This document shows, in pieces, positions 27,211-37,408 of a DNA stretch of 64,000 nucleotides. Position 1 is the stretch's first letter, and each line of letters begins with the position of its first letter. The position numbers were made by a program, and so were the translations under genes. The stretch spans positions 262,222-326,221 of the forward strand of contig CP092821.1 in assembly GCA_022530585.1 (NCBI GenBank). Reading direction: 5' to 3'. Source of the stretch: Candidatus Nealsonbacteria bacterium DGGOD1a (GTDB lineage Bacteria > Patescibacteriota > Minisyncoccia > Minisyncoccales > UBA5738). The notes beneath the pieces were generated by a model. That model was not told the origin of the DNA and searched no databases. It was given only the letters and a program-made list of their open reading frames with translations.

Positions 27211-27720
27211 ATGAAATATACGAACAAGTCCATAGCGATCGTTATCATTGTGGCAACGGTTTTCGCCGCCGCGGGATTTTTTGGCGGAACGCTGTATCAA
27301 AAAAGCCAAATCGTAAAACCGGGTAAAAATTTCGGCGGTCCCGGCGCCGCCGGTTTCGAATCTCTGCCGTCGAATATCACGCGCCGGAGCGGCGGTTTGC
27401 AGGGAGGGTTTACTTCCGGCGATATTATTACCAAAGACGATGACAGTATCACGCTGAAGATGCGCGACGGCGGCAGCAGAATAATTTTTTATTCGGGCGC
27501 GACGCAGATCAATAAACAAGCTCAAGGCACGGTTGACGATTTGGCTGTTGGTTTATCCATTATGGTTACCGGGAGCGCGAATTCCGACGGCAGTATCAAC
27601 GCTCAAAGTATTTCGTTGCGTCCTGCCGACGCCAACCCTGGCAATGGCGGAGTTCCGTCGGGCGCCAATCCGGCGGACGGGAACGAGCCGGTTTCAAACG
27701 GATCGCCCGGGCAAAATTAG
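27211..27720 (+). CDS. Secreted/anchored protein, paralog 2 (DUF5666-like)
   Basis: Same architecture as 26625-27167 (ITKDDDSITLKMRDGGSRIIFYSGATQINK...DLAVGLSIMVTGSANSDGSINAQSISL). Confidence 0.5.
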   Translation: MKYTNKSIAIVIIVATVFAAAGFFGGTLYQKSQIVKPGKNFGGPGAAGFESLPSNITRRSGGLQGGFTSGDIITKDDDSITLKMRDGGSRIIFYSGATQINKQAQGTVDDLAVGLSIMVTGSANSDGSINAQSISLRPADANPGNGGVPSGANPADGNEPVSNGSPGQN

Positions 27721-27787
27721 GAAGTCCGGATTAAAAAACCGTCCCGAGCGCGATGCAAGGGGCGGTTTTAGTTAAAATTAAACGAAA

Positions 27788-28237
27788 CTACCGGACAATT
27801 AACATTGCTACCGCGATTCCCAGCAGGATTCCGAAAAAGACTTCAAAACGCGTGTGGCCCAGCAATTCTTTCAGGTGTTTGGTTTCGAGTTTTTTATAGC
27901 GGTAAAAATCTTCGATCATCCGGTTCAAAACTTCGGCGTGCTTGCCGGCTTCCTGGCGCAAAGTGAACGCATCGTAGATAATGACCAGCGCGAATACCGC
28001 CGCGATGGCGAAATAAGTCGAGTCGAAGCCGAATTTTATTCCGCAGGCGGCCGCCAGCGCGGTAACCGCCGAGGAATGCGAGCTTGGGAAACCGCCGCTG
28101 GCCCAAAACCTTTTAAACGCCTCGCGGCTGACGCCGTGTTTTAACGCCAAAATCAATTTGCATAATTGGGCGATAAACCATGCCAAAAATCCCGCGACGA
28201 GCGGCTGGTTGTTGATTATTGTCGTAAAAACATCCAT
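27788..28237 (-). CDS. Divergent PAP2 / DUF212 family membrane protein
   Basis: 149 aa. GGFPSSHSSAVTALA motif and about 4 TM helices. Confidence 0.75.
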   Translation of the reverse strand: MDVFTTIINNQPLVAGFLAWFIAQLCKLILALKHGVSREAFKRFWASGGFPSSHSSAVTALAAACGIKFGFDSTYFAIAAVFALVIIYDAFTLRQEAGKHAEVLNRMIEDFYRYKKLETKHLKELLGHTRFEVFFGILLGIAVAMLIVR

Positions 28238-28549
28238 AAAGTTCGGTTTTCTTATTCCGTATTGATTCTAATCGTTTTCCCCCTGAATTTCAACCGGCAG
28301 GATGGTTTGCCGCGTATAATTCCGTTTGTGGCGGCAAAAACGGTCCGGCGGGAAAAGTAATTGTCGGAAAATACGGCAAAACCATTATCGTCGAGGACCG
28401 GAAGAATAATCGCGAATCGTTGATTTTTAGGATAAAAGGGAGTAATTTGAATGATATGGCGGATTTTAAAGAAGCGAAACCGCGGATAAAAACAAATTTC
28501 ATCGAATCCGCCCGAAAATGATTGAAATTAAAAAAAGAAAAACAAAGAG

Positions 28550-29380
28550 TTGGTGAAAGATGCGTATATGGCAATGATCGAGAATTATTTGGACAACGGG
28601 GTTTATTACCGCCACAATGAGATTGTCGCCGGCCGGCCGGCGCTGGTTTTTGTGCACGGATTCACCGGGAGTTCTTCGGCGTGGGCGGGGTACGAAAAAG
28701 AACTGGGAGGAAATTACAACTTGGTTTTCTTGGACTGGCGCGGCCACGGCAAATCAAAAAAATTCATAAAATGCACAGACTACGCGATTGAAAAAATATC
28801 CGCGGATTTATCCGGTTTGTTCGACAAACTGAAAATCGCAAAGGCGGTTTTAATCAGCCATTCTTACGGAAGTTTGATCGCTCTGGATCTTTTTGTAAAA
28901 CGGCCGGCCGCAATTTATGGATTGATTTTCTTGGCTCCGGACAATCGCGTTGGCGAACCCTTATGGATAAAGATCGGCGAATTTTTATTGTCCGGCATTC
29001 CTCCGGTTTTATTCGGTCCGTTTTGCAAGAATTACGGAATTCATCTTGATTATTCGAATCTGCCGACCGGCGACTGGAGTTTTAAAAGGATATTGGCTGA
29101 TATCGGGAATACCACTTTTCGCGCTTATTGTTATTATTTTAAACAGATCAATGAGTTCAATATTGAAAAAATTGCGGCGGATATTAATGTGCCGGTTTTG
29201 ATTGTCCACGGCGACCGGGATTCCATTTTTCCGGTTAAAAATTCAGTTTTGCTGGCCAAAAAAATAAAAAAAGCGCGCTTGAAGATTCTACCCGGCGCCA
29301 ATCATATTCTGGTTTTGAATAACGCTTCCGAAATCATCGGGGAAATCGATGATTTTCTTCGGAAAGACTGTTACCGATGA
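28550..29380 (+). CDS. Alpha/beta hydrolase
   Basis: VFVHGFTGSS oxyanion region, nucleophile elbow SHSYGS, and IVHGDRDSIFP plus GANHIL (Asp/His). Confidence 0.8.
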   Translation: MVKDAYMAMIENYLDNGVYYRHNEIVAGRPALVFVHGFTGSSSAWAGYEKELGGNYNLVFLDWRGHGKSKKFIKCTDYAIEKISADLSGLFDKLKIAKAVLISHSYGSLIALDLFVKRPAAIYGLIFLAPDNRVGEPLWIKIGEFLLSGIPPVLFGPFCKNYGIHLDYSNLPTGDWSFKRILADIGNTTFRAYCYYFKQINEFNIEKIAADINVPVLIVHGDRDSIFPVKNSVLLAKKIKKARLKILPGANHILVLNNASEIIGEIDDFLRKDCYR

Positions 29381-30522
29381 AAATTGCCATCGTTACCGAC
29401 ACTTATTTTCCGCGTATCAACGGCGTTTCGGTTTCGACGCGGACATTTGCGCGGGAATTTGCCCGGCTGGGTCACGAAGTTCATGTCCACGCGCCGTCAT
29501 TTCCGGATGCGGCAGAAGACAAAGAACCGTTCAAAGTGATTCGTTATCCGTCATTTTATTTGGCGCTTGATCCCGAAGACCGGCTTGCCTACGCGTTTCG
29601 CAAACAGGCAAAAGCTTTTATAGCCCAGAATTACGATATCGTGCATACGCAAACGCCATTTTTTTTGGGTCAGTTGGCGGTGAGATGGGCCCGCAAAAGC
29701 GGCGCCAAGGTCGTGCACACTTATCATACTTTTTACCGGGCCTACGCGGAGTATTATTTCCGGTATTTGCCGCGGGATTTGAGAACTTACGGAACCAAGT
29801 GGCTTAGTAAACGGTATTGCAACTCTTGCGATTTGGTAATTGTTCCATCGGCCCAGATGGTCGAGGAGGTTTTATCGTATCGTATTAAAGTTCCGGTCGC
29901 GACTATTCCCACCGGAGTGGCGCTTTCCCGGTTTGACGGTAAAAACGGAGACAAATTCCGCAAGAAAATGGGTTTTTCGGCCAACGAAAAGTTTTTATTG
30001 TATGTGGGAAGACTGGCTGACGAAAAAAATATTGATTTCTTGCTGCGGGTTTTTAAAAAACTGTCTTCCGGGCGCGACAATATCCGTTTTATTATTGTCG
30101 GTTCGGGGCCGGCATCGGCCAAACTGAAAGACTTGGCGTTTCGGCTGGGCGTAGAAAAAAAGACCCATTTTTTGGGTTATATCAGGGGCAATTCTTTGCG
30201 CGATTGCTATAGCGCCGCGGATTTGTTTTTGTTCGCCTCGGTAACCGAAACCCAGGGACTTACGGTTTTGGAGGCAATGGCCGCGGGCACTCCGGTGGTT
30301 GCGGTGGGGCGAATGGGAATTAAGGATATTTTAGATTGCCAGCGGGGAGGCATAACCGCCGAACCCGACGAAGAGGAATTTTTGCAAGCGATTTTGAGGA
30401 TGTTGGAAGATACCGATTTTTATCTTCAAAAGAAATCAGAAACGATCGGCGTTGCCCAAAATTGGTCTTCCCGCGCGATGGCCGATCGCACTTTGAAGGA
30501 ATACGAAAAATTATTCGGTTAG
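29377..30522 (+). CDS. Glycosyltransferase family 4
   Basis: 381 aa GT-B fold. FPRINGVS N-terminus and ETQGLTVLEAMAAGTPVV (EX7E region). Confidence 0.8.
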   Translation: MKIAIVTDTYFPRINGVSVSTRTFAREFARLGHEVHVHAPSFPDAAEDKEPFKVIRYPSFYLALDPEDRLAYAFRKQAKAFIAQNYDIVHTQTPFFLGQLAVRWARKSGAKVVHTYHTFYRAYAEYYFRYLPRDLRTYGTKWLSKRYCNSCDLVIVPSAQMVEEVLSYRIKVPVATIPTGVALSRFDGKNGDKFRKKMGFSANEKFLLYVGRLADEKNIDFLLRVFKKLSSGRDNIRFIIVGSGPASAKLKDLAFRLGVEKKTHFLGYIRGNSLRDCYSAADLFLFASVTETQGLTVLEAMAAGTPVVAVGRMGIKDILDCQRGGITAEPDEEEFLQAILRMLEDTDFYLQKKSETIGVAQNWSSRAMADRTLKEYEKLFG

Positions 30523-31206
30523 CTTTTCGATTTCCCGTTGCGTTAACGGCCGCCATTTGCCGGTTTGCAGGCCATCGAGGGTGAGGAAGCCGATTCTTGT
30601 CCTTTTCAGTCGGGCCACGGAGTTGCCGGTTTTTTCGATCAGGCGCCGCACCACATGTTTTTTCCCCGAATGGATTACGATGCGATATGAATTATCGCCG
30701 ATTTTTTCAAAACGGTCGGGTTTAATGAAGCCATCTTCGAGCTTTATGCCGCGCTGGATGAATTTTATTTCAGCTTCGTTCAGAGGTTTGCCGGCGGTGA
30801 TTTCATATTCTTTTTCCACGCGGTAACGGGGGTGGGTGAGTTTTAGAGTCATTTGGCCGTCGTTTGTCAGCAAGATCAATCCCGAGGTATATTTATCAAG
30901 CCTTCCCACCGGCCAGACTTTGGGAAATTCGGGTACTAGTTCGGTGATTAATTTCCGGGCGTGAGCGTCTTCGGTGGTCGAAGTGTAGCCGACGGGTTTG
31001 TCGAGCAAATAATACGCCAAGTTTTGGATTTGAACCAGCTTGCCGTTAAACGCGATTTTATCTTTTGCCGGATCAATCCGGCGGGCGACATTGGCCATTT
31101 TTTTGCCGTTAACAAAAATCAATCCCTGCGTTACCAGGGTTTCGGATTTGCGGCGGGAAGCGACGCCCGCTTCGGAAAGGAATTTGGAAATTTTTATCGT
31201 AGACAT
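30511..31206 (-). CDS. Pseudouridine synthase, RsuA/RluB family
   Basis: S4 domain ISKFLSEAGVASRRKSE and catalytic motif GRLDKYTSGLILLTNDG. The start was moved to the ATG at 31206. Confidence 0.85.
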   Translation of the reverse strand: MSTIKISKFLSEAGVASRRKSETLVTQGLIFVNGKKMANVARRIDPAKDKIAFNGKLVQIQNLAYYLLDKPVGYTSTTEDAHARKLITELVPEFPKVWPVGRLDKYTSGLILLTNDGQMTLKLTHPRYRVEKEYEITAGKPLNEAEIKFIQRGIKLEDGFIKPDRFEKIGDNSYRIVIHSGKKHVVRRLIEKTGNSVARLKRTRIGFLTLDGLQTGKWRPLTQREIEKLTE

Positions 31207-31264
31207 CGTTCGATTTATGAATGGCTGTAATAAAAAACGCAGTTGATGGGAATTTCTGCGGATA

Positions 31265-31966
31265 TTAATTGACGGCGATTGCGGGCGCGGTGACTTGAGC
31301 GCCGGCAAGCGACTCGGCTTTCTTGGCGGCAAGTTTTTCGATGGCGGCGACAGTTTCGTTGATTTTTCCTCTTTTATTGATGACAACATGATCATAACGA
31401 TCATGGTATTGCCACCACATTTCGCGGTCGCGGGCGAGTTTCATCAAAAATTTTTCTTCGGAAGCGTTCGGATCGCGGCGGAAATATTGTTCCCGCAACT
31501 GGTCCCAGTCTTCGGGCGCGATATAAACAGTAATGGTTTTTCCCAAAATGCATTCAGCCATTTCCGGCATATTTTCCCTGATGATGCTTTTAATATGCGC
31601 CATCGCGTATTCGTCAACCTGCCAAATCACATTTTTTCCGCTTAATATCGCCGCAACCGCTTCTTTGCTTCCTCCTTTGTATTCTCCGGGCCTTACTTCG
31701 ACATATTCGAGATATTTGCCCTCCTTGATTCGTTGCTTAAATTCTTCTTTGGTATAAAAATTATGATGAACGCCGTTTATTTCTCCTTCGCGGGGCAAGC
31801 GGCTGGTATCGGTGACGATTTTGTGGAATCCCGGATTTCTTTTTAAAAAGAGTTCTTTGGCGGTATCTTTTCCCACGCCGCTGGGGCCGGTGATAACAAG
31901 CAAAATTCCCTGGCACTTGGTGCAGTTTTTAGCAAAAAACAGCGATTGGAATAATTTTGCGATCAT
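31265..31966 (-). CDS. gmk: Guanylate kinase-like protein
   Basis: P-loop GPSGVGKDT, TSRLPREGEINGVHHNFYTKEEF and YLEYVEV motifs. The start was moved to the ATG at 31966. A C-terminal extension is present. Confidence 0.7.
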   Translation of the reverse strand: MIAKLFQSLFFAKNCTKCQGILLVITGPSGVGKDTAKELFLKRNPGFHKIVTDTSRLPREGEINGVHHNFYTKEEFKQRIKEGKYLEYVEVRPGEYKGGSKEAVAAILSGKNVIWQVDEYAMAHIKSIIRENMPEMAECILGKTITVYIAPEDWDQLREQYFRRDPNASEEKFLMKLARDREMWWQYHDRYDHVVINKRGKINETVAAIEKLAAKKAESLAGAQVTAPAIAVN

Positions 31967-32173
31967 TGTTTTCCCGCGACGATTATAAAAAACAATCTCC
32001 CCGCATTTACACACGGGGGCAAAACCTTGAATAGTGATTTAACAATACCACTACCGCTATATTATATTTTGCCTTTTTTAAAAAATATGTCAAGGCCTTT
32101 GCGGTTTTGCGGTTTTGTTTGCAAAGGCGGGTTTTTTTGCTAAGTTGGATTAACCGGTTATAATCAGGCGAAA

Positions 32174-32839
32174 ATGAGACAACGAATTGTAAAACTGGTA
32201 AAAGTGTTATTGATAATGGCGGGCGCGCTGATCGCGGCGGCGATTGTTTTTGACGCGATCGTCGTATTCTCCGAAAGAGGGATAATCCATAATAGAGTCG
32301 AAGATTTGCCTTCGGTTGACGCGGTTTTGGTGCTGGGCGCGGCGGTATACAGGAACGGCCAAATGAGCGCGATTTTTAACGATCGGGCGAGCGTGGCGCT
32401 GGAGGTTTATAAATCCGGGAAAGTTAAAAAGATTTTAGTGAGCGGAGATCACAGCCGCGGCGATTATGACGAGGTGAACATCGCCAAAAGATTCTTTTTA
32501 AAAAACGGCGTCCCCGGCGAAGATATATTCGTTGACTATGCCGGTTTTGACACTTATTCCAGCGTTTACCGCGCCAGAGAGATATTCCAAGTTCGATCGA
32601 TGATTGTTTCCACGCAGAATTTTCATTTGCCGCGGGCGTTGTATTTGGCACGCCAACTGGGAATTGAGGCTCATGGTATCAGCGCGGATTTAAGATTGTA
32701 TGATCTTGGTTATTATAATGTTTTGCGGGAAAACGCGGCGCGCGTTAAAGCTTTTTGGGATATTATAACCAATGCCCGGCCGCGTTATTTGGGCGGCATT
32801 ATTCCAATTACCGGCGATGGCCGCGCTTCTTGGGACTAG
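32174..32839 (+). CDS. SanA/YdcF (DUF218) family protein
   Basis: N-terminal TM helix. LVLGAAVY...ILVSGDHSRGDYDEV is typical of SanA-like DUF218 proteins. Confidence 0.7.
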   Translation: MRQRIVKLVKVLLIMAGALIAAAIVFDAIVVFSERGIIHNRVEDLPSVDAVLVLGAAVYRNGQMSAIFNDRASVALEVYKSGKVKKILVSGDHSRGDYDEVNIAKRFFLKNGVPGEDIFVDYAGFDTYSSVYRAREIFQVRSMIVSTQNFHLPRALYLARQLGIEAHGISADLRLYDLGYYNVLRENAARVKAFWDIITNARPRYLGGIIPITGDGRASWD

Positions 32840-33005
32840 AGGGTTTGTCGCCGAATTAGCTTCAACTGCAATTTCCATTTTTCGGCGGCAAAGAATTCAT
32901 CATTCGTCGCCGGATTTAGCTTAAATATGCCTCCTCATTCTTCATTCTTTTCGCTCGAAAACCGAAAATTTCGTTCTGAAGCCAATTCGGCGACAGACCC
33001 TAGAG
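32836..33005. repeat. Family-C element, copy 2
   Basis: Arms are CTAGAGGGTTTGTCGCCGAATTAGCTTC / GAAGCCAATTCGGCGACAGACCCTAGAG. The core CAACTGCAATTTCCATTTTTCGGCGGCAAAGAATTCATCATTCGTCGCCGGATTTAGC..ATATGCCTCCTC..TTTTCGCTCGAAAA..GAAAATTTCGTTCTGAA is shared with the other copies. It overlaps the SanA stop codon. Confidence 0.75.
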
Positions 33006-33104
33006 TGGCGCGCGGCGCTTGACATCTATGTTATAATGGTCTAACATTAAGTTATATATAAATAACATATTTCCGTTAAAAACAATAGCGGAGGATGATA
33101 CAAT

Positions 33105-33482
33105 ATGAACCAAAAAACATTTTATACGGTTAGGATTGTTTTTGCGATGGTGATCGCGATGGTTTGTTCGATTTCGGTGACGCAGGGAAACTATATTTTG
33201 CCGATAATCATCGGCATAACCGCGGCATTCGCGCTGTATGCGATGAAAAAGAAGGTTAGCGGCGTATTGGCCGATGAACGCGATTACAATATCGCGGGCA
33301 ACGCGGCGCGCTGGTCATTGAACCTTTACGCGGTTTTCGCGGCAATCGGATCAATGGTTTTGATGGCGGTCCGCGCCGGCAATCCGCAATTTGAACTGGC
33401 GGCGCAAATTTTGGCCTATTCGGCGTGCGCGTTGCTGATCGCGCAAAGCTTGTTGTTCAAATATTTTCAAAATCGCGAATGA
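33105..33482 (+). CDS. DUF2178-like membrane protein
   Basis: 125 aa with 4 TM helices. It is coupled by an ATGA overlap to the downstream XRE-type HTH gene, a common pairing. Confidence 0.55.
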   Translation: MNQKTFYTVRIVFAMVIAMVCSISVTQGNYILPIIIGITAAFALYAMKKKVSGVLADERDYNIAGNAARWSLNLYAVFAAIGSMVLMAVRAGNPQFELAAQILAYSACALLIAQSLLFKYFQNRE

Positions 33483-33676
33483 AATTCACAACAAAAATAA
33501 AAGAATACCGCCAGCGGAAAAATCTGACTCAAGAGGATTTGGCCAATATCGTCAATGTCCGGCGCGAAACCATTGTTTTTTTGGAGCAGGGCAAATATGT
33601 GCCGTCGCTGAAACTGGCGCACGATATCGCGCATGTTTTTGGAAAATCAATTGAGGGAATTTTTTTCTTTGATTGA
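33479..33676 (+). CDS. XRE-family helix-turn-helix transcriptional regulator (YozG-like)
   Basis: 65 aa from the ATG at 33479. [36 protein letters not shown]. Confidence 0.8.
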   Translation: MKFTTKIKEYRQRKNLTQEDLANIVNVRRETIVFLEQGKYVPSLKLAHDIAHVFGKSIEGIFFFD

Positions 33677-33723
33677 ATATTTTTTTGCTTTACATTTTTC
33701 ATTTTTAGTTTTACGCTTTTAGC

Positions 33724-34530
33724 ATGCCCGAACTACCGGAAGTTGAAACAATCAGGCGGCAGTTAAATGACGCGGTGGTTGGCAAAACAATCGGCCGGGT
33801 GGAAATTTTGGAGCCCAAAATTTTCATCGGCGATCAAAAGTCCATTACCGGCCAAAAAATTGCCGGCATTGGCCGCGTTGCCAAGGTTTTACGCATATTT
33901 CTTGAAAACGGCAGCGCGATTTTGGCGCATTTCAAGTTAAACGGCCAATTTCTTCTGGACACGGGAAAGGAAAAATTCGACACGCGGTTTACGCGCGCGA
34001 TTTTGCATTTTGACGACGGATCGAGTTTGCTTTTCAACGATCCGCGCAAATTCGCGTGGATGAAGGTGATGAAAAATTTCAAGGAAGAAAAAACCGGCGC
34101 GATCGAACCATTTAAGGATAACTTCAATTTGGAAAATTTTTCAAGCATCATTTCCAAAACCCGCAAACCGATCAAGATATTGTTGATGGATCAGGAAAAG
34201 ATCGGCGGCATCGGTAATATCTATGCCAATGAATCGCTGTTTGCCGCCGGGATTGATCCGTTTCGGCCCGCCAATTCGCTTGAATCCGAAGAAATAAAAA
34301 AGCTTTACCGGGCCATTCCGAAAATTCTGCAAAAAGCCATTGACTGCAAGGGTTCGTCGGGTAAAGATGAATGGTACCGGCAGCTGAACGGCCGGACCGG
34401 CGGTTATCAGGAACATTTTTTGGTTTACCAGCGCGACGGCCAAAAATGCCCGAAAAAATGCGGTGGCGAAATCAAGCGCGCCAAACAAGGCGGCCGCAGT
34501 ACTTTTTACTGTTCAAAATGTCAGAAATAA
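33724..34530 (+). CDS. mutM: Formamidopyrimidine-DNA glycosylase
   Basis: MPELPEVETIRR N-terminus, an H2TH region, and a C-terminal zinc finger CPKKCGG...YCSKCQ. Confidence 0.9.
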   Translation: MPELPEVETIRRQLNDAVVGKTIGRVEILEPKIFIGDQKSITGQKIAGIGRVAKVLRIFLENGSAILAHFKLNGQFLLDTGKEKFDTRFTRAILHFDDGSSLLFNDPRKFAWMKVMKNFKEEKTGAIEPFKDNFNLENFSSIISKTRKPIKILLMDQEKIGGIGNIYANESLFAAGIDPFRPANSLESEEIKKLYRAIPKILQKAIDCKGSSGKDEWYRQLNGRTGGYQEHFLVYQRDGQKCPKKCGGEIKRAKQGGRSTFYCSKCQK

Positions 34531-34612
34531 AGTAAAATAAATACCCCGACATCAATGTATCTTTTTATTTTTGATTTTGTTTTTGCGTTAGTCGGGAATA
34601 GAATAAAAAAAT

Positions 34613-34885
34613 ATGAAAAACATTAAATCAATTTTATTCTTTGTTTTCGTGGTCGGGCTATCGGCGGTGGCGATGGATATGCAGGCGCAAGCCGAGATTC
34701 AGCGGCAATTGGACGGCGTTTCGTCAACGCTTGATGCCGCGGCCGCGCAAATTGCCAGCGTTAAAGAAAAAGGCGTTGTCCAAACCGTTTGGGACAACGC
34801 AACCGCGCCGATTGCGGCCATCTGGCAACAAATCACCGGAATTTTCGGCCAATTATCATCGATATTTTCCACCGTTTCCAAATAA
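34613..34885 (+). CDS. Small secreted protein (90 aa)
   Basis: Signal-like N-terminus MKNIKSILFFVFVVGLSAVAMDMQA followed by an Ala/Gln-rich helical body. It ends 6 nt before the radical SAM gene. Confidence 0.5.
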   Translation: MKNIKSILFFVFVVGLSAVAMDMQAQAEIQRQLDGVSSTLDAAAAQIASVKEKGVVQTVWDNATAPIAAIWQQITGIFGQLSSIFSTVSK

Positions 34886-34891
34886 TCAAAT

Positions 34892-36274
34892 ATGGATAAT
34901 TTACAGAGGGATTATAGGTTTGTCAGCTATACCGGTTCGCTTTGCAATGAATGTTTGAAAAAGATTGATGCCAAGATTGCCGAGAAAAACGGCAAGATTT
35001 ATATTCTAAAAAACTGCCCCGAGCACGGGCAGTTTTGCGAGTTGTTGGAAGAAGATGCCGGCTTCTATTTAAACCACGGTGATTATGACAAGCCGGGAAC
35101 GATTTCAAAAATCCAGACCAAGGTTAAAAACGGCTGTCCTTTCGATTGCGGTTTGTGTCCGAACCATGACCAGCATACTTGCAATGGCTTGATTGAAATT
35201 ACCAATGCCTGCGATTTGGGTTGTCCGACTTGTTACGCCAACAGCGGGACCGGCGATTTTTTGCCGTTGGAGAAGATCAATGGAATGCTGGATTTTTTTG
35301 TTGATTCCGAACACGGCCAAGCGGAAATTCTGCAAATATCGGGCGGCGAGCCGACAATGCATCCGCAAATCATTAATATCATTAAATTGGCGCGGACAAA
35401 AAAGATAAAATATATTTTGTTAAACACGAATGGGTTGCGTTTAGCCAAAGATGAAAAATTTGCGGAAGAATTGGGCCGGTTCAAAGGCGGGTTTGAAATT
35501 TATTTGCAGTTTGACGGGTTATCCGAAAAATCGGCAATGGCAATTCGCGGCCGGAATGTGATTGAAGATCGAAAAAGGGCGGTGGCCAATCTTTCAAAAC
35601 ACCATGTGCCGATAACTTTGGTGGCCACGGTTGTGCGCGGCGTGAACGATGACCAAATTGGCGAGGTTTTTAATTACGCGATCGGCGAAGAATGGATCCG
35701 GGGCATCAACTACCAACCGGTGGCATTTTTTGGCCGTCTGCCCGAAGGCGAGGACATAAAAAACCGGATCACGATGACTGGAATTTTGAAAACGCTGGAA
35801 ATCCAAACCAAAGGGATGGTGAAATTAGCGGATTTTATTCCTTTACCGTGCGATGTGGAGCGTGTGGCGATTAGTTATCTGTTTAAACAGAAAGGAGAGC
35901 TTATTCCGTTGATCCGGGATATCGACATCAAACAATTTTTGCCGGCAATCCGCAACACATTCCAATTCGCGCCCGACAAAGTGGTGAAAGAGATCGCGGA
36001 AACTTTGGATAAAAAAGGAAATTGCTGCCAGATAATGGGTTTGTTCAAGGATTTAAAGAAAACAGTCTTACCGCCAAATTATCTTTTGATGAGCCAGGAT
36101 CAGAAAGCGGAATTCATTAACAACAACACCTTCCGAATCAGCGCCACATCGTTTGTCGACAAATACAACTTCGATGCCAAATCGATGCAAAAAGAATGCG
36201 TCCACATCATCACCCCGGACCTGAAAAAGATTCCGTTTTCGGCGTATAATATGATACACAGGTATGCTAATTGA
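34892..36274 (+). CDS. Radical SAM protein, MJ0619/Tes (class-D-like) family
   Basis: CX3CX2C in NACDLGCPTCY. N-terminal Cys/His ribbon (CNEC...CPEH) and CPFDCGLCPNHDQHTC auxiliary-cluster motif. ISGGEPT and INYQPVAFFGR are also present. Confidence 0.6.
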   Translation: MDNLQRDYRFVSYTGSLCNECLKKIDAKIAEKNGKIYILKNCPEHGQFCELLEEDAGFYLNHGDYDKPGTISKIQTKVKNGCPFDCGLCPNHDQHTCNGLIEITNACDLGCPTCYANSGTGDFLPLEKINGMLDFFVDSEHGQAEILQISGGEPTMHPQIINIIKLARTKKIKYILLNTNGLRLAKDEKFAEELGRFKGGFEIYLQFDGLSEKSAMAIRGRNVIEDRKRAVANLSKHHVPITLVATVVRGVNDDQIGEVFNYAIGEEWIRGINYQPVAFFGRLPEGEDIKNRITMTGILKTLEIQTKGMVKLADFIPLPCDVERVAISYLFKQKGELIPLIRDIDIKQFLPAIRNTFQFAPDKVVKEIAETLDKKGNCCQIMGLFKDLKKTVLPPNYLLMSQDQKAEFINNNTFRISATSFVDKYNFDAKSMQKECVHIITPDLKKIPFSAYNMIHRYAN

Positions 36275-36842
36275 AATTATTATCAATGGTATTGTCGGAT
36301 TGTGCATTTTCGCGGTGATCGCGGCGGTGGCTGCGGATTTTTTGTTTTTTCAAGAGAGAAATGACCAAAAAAAAGAGAAGAAAAGCCTGGTGGCGACATT
36401 CACGATGTTTATGTTTTTCTTTTTGTTCTATACGATTGAACGGAATGGCTGGGGAGTGTTGCAAGTCGGGAGCGACGCGGTGAGAATCGCGATGATCGCG
36501 GTCGGGTTGGTCTTGATGGTTATTGGCGCGGCGGTGAATATCGCGGGCCGGTTCAAATTGGGAAACAATTGGTCGGATAATATCAAAATTTATCTTGGCC
36601 ATTCGCTGGTTAATGCCGGGGTTTATGCTTGGGTGCGGCATCCGTTGTATGCATCACTTGTCTGGATGTTCTATGGCTCAAGCCTGATTTACTCCAACTG
36701 GCTGGCGTTTTTGGCAAACACTTTGATATTCATTCCGGCAATGTATTATCGCGCCAGACAGGAAGAAAAAATGTTGTTGCAGGAATTCGCGGAATATTCA
36801 AATTACAAAAAGAAAGTCGGTATGTTTTTTCCCAAATTTTGA
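36264..36842 (+). CDS. Isoprenylcysteine carboxyl methyltransferase (ICMT)/phospholipid methyltransferase family membrane protein
   Basis: 5 TM helices. GVYAWVRHPLYASLVWMFYG and YYRARQEEKMLLQEF motifs. It overlaps the radical SAM stop by 11 nt. Confidence 0.7.
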   Translation: MLIEIIINGIVGLCIFAVIAAVAADFLFFQERNDQKKEKKSLVATFTMFMFFFLFYTIERNGWGVLQVGSDAVRIAMIAVGLVLMVIGAAVNIAGRFKLGNNWSDNIKIYLGHSLVNAGVYAWVRHPLYASLVWMFYGSSLIYSNWLAFLANTLIFIPAMYYRARQEEKMLLQEFAEYSNYKKKVGMFFPKF

Positions 36843-36940
36843 ATTTGAGTTTTTGTATTTAAGGTCGTTCCTCGGCGTACTCGTCGAGGTGCGACCTCGG
36901 CAAACTGTATTTTGTAATTTGATTTTGTAATTATAAAACC

Positions 36941-37408
36941 ATGAAAATTTCTTATCGTCCGGTTGCGGTTCCAAAGGGCGCGTTTATTTTTTGCCGTTAT
37001 TCGATCGCAATTCTTGTTTGGCTGGCGTTTATTTTGCGTGATCCTTGGATTCTTGTTTTAGTTGGCGCAATTATGTTTTTGTCGGCGGTTTTGAAAATCA
37101 GACGCGCGCCCATGATAGTTTTATACGGTTATACGATTGATAAAATTTGGAAATCGCCAAAAGAGATATTGAACGAAAGCGCGATGAAGTTCGCGCATAT
37201 CTTGGCAACGGGGTTAAGCGTTATTTGCCTGGTTTTTATTTTATTTATTAATTCGCATGTCGGCTGGTTTTTAACTTTTTCTTTCGCGATTATGAAAACT
37301 ATTTCCGCGGTCGGTTTTTGCCCGGCGTCGAAACTTTACGAATGTGCGGGGAGCGATAAATGCTGTTCGTTTGCCAAGGGGATTAAAAAAGCCGGCAAAA
37401 CATGTTAG
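36941..37408 (+). CDS. DUF4395-like membrane protein with Cys-rich C-terminus
   Basis: 4 TM helices and a C-terminal GFCPASKLYECAGSDKCCSF. It overlaps the lgt start by 7 nt. Confidence 0.45.
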   Translation: MKISYRPVAVPKGAFIFCRYSIAILVWLAFILRDPWILVLVGAIMFLSAVLKIRRAPMIVLYGYTIDKIWKSPKEILNESAMKFAHILATGLSVICLVFILFINSHVGWFLTFSFAIMKTISAVGFCPASKLYECAGSDKCCSFAKGIKKAGKTC

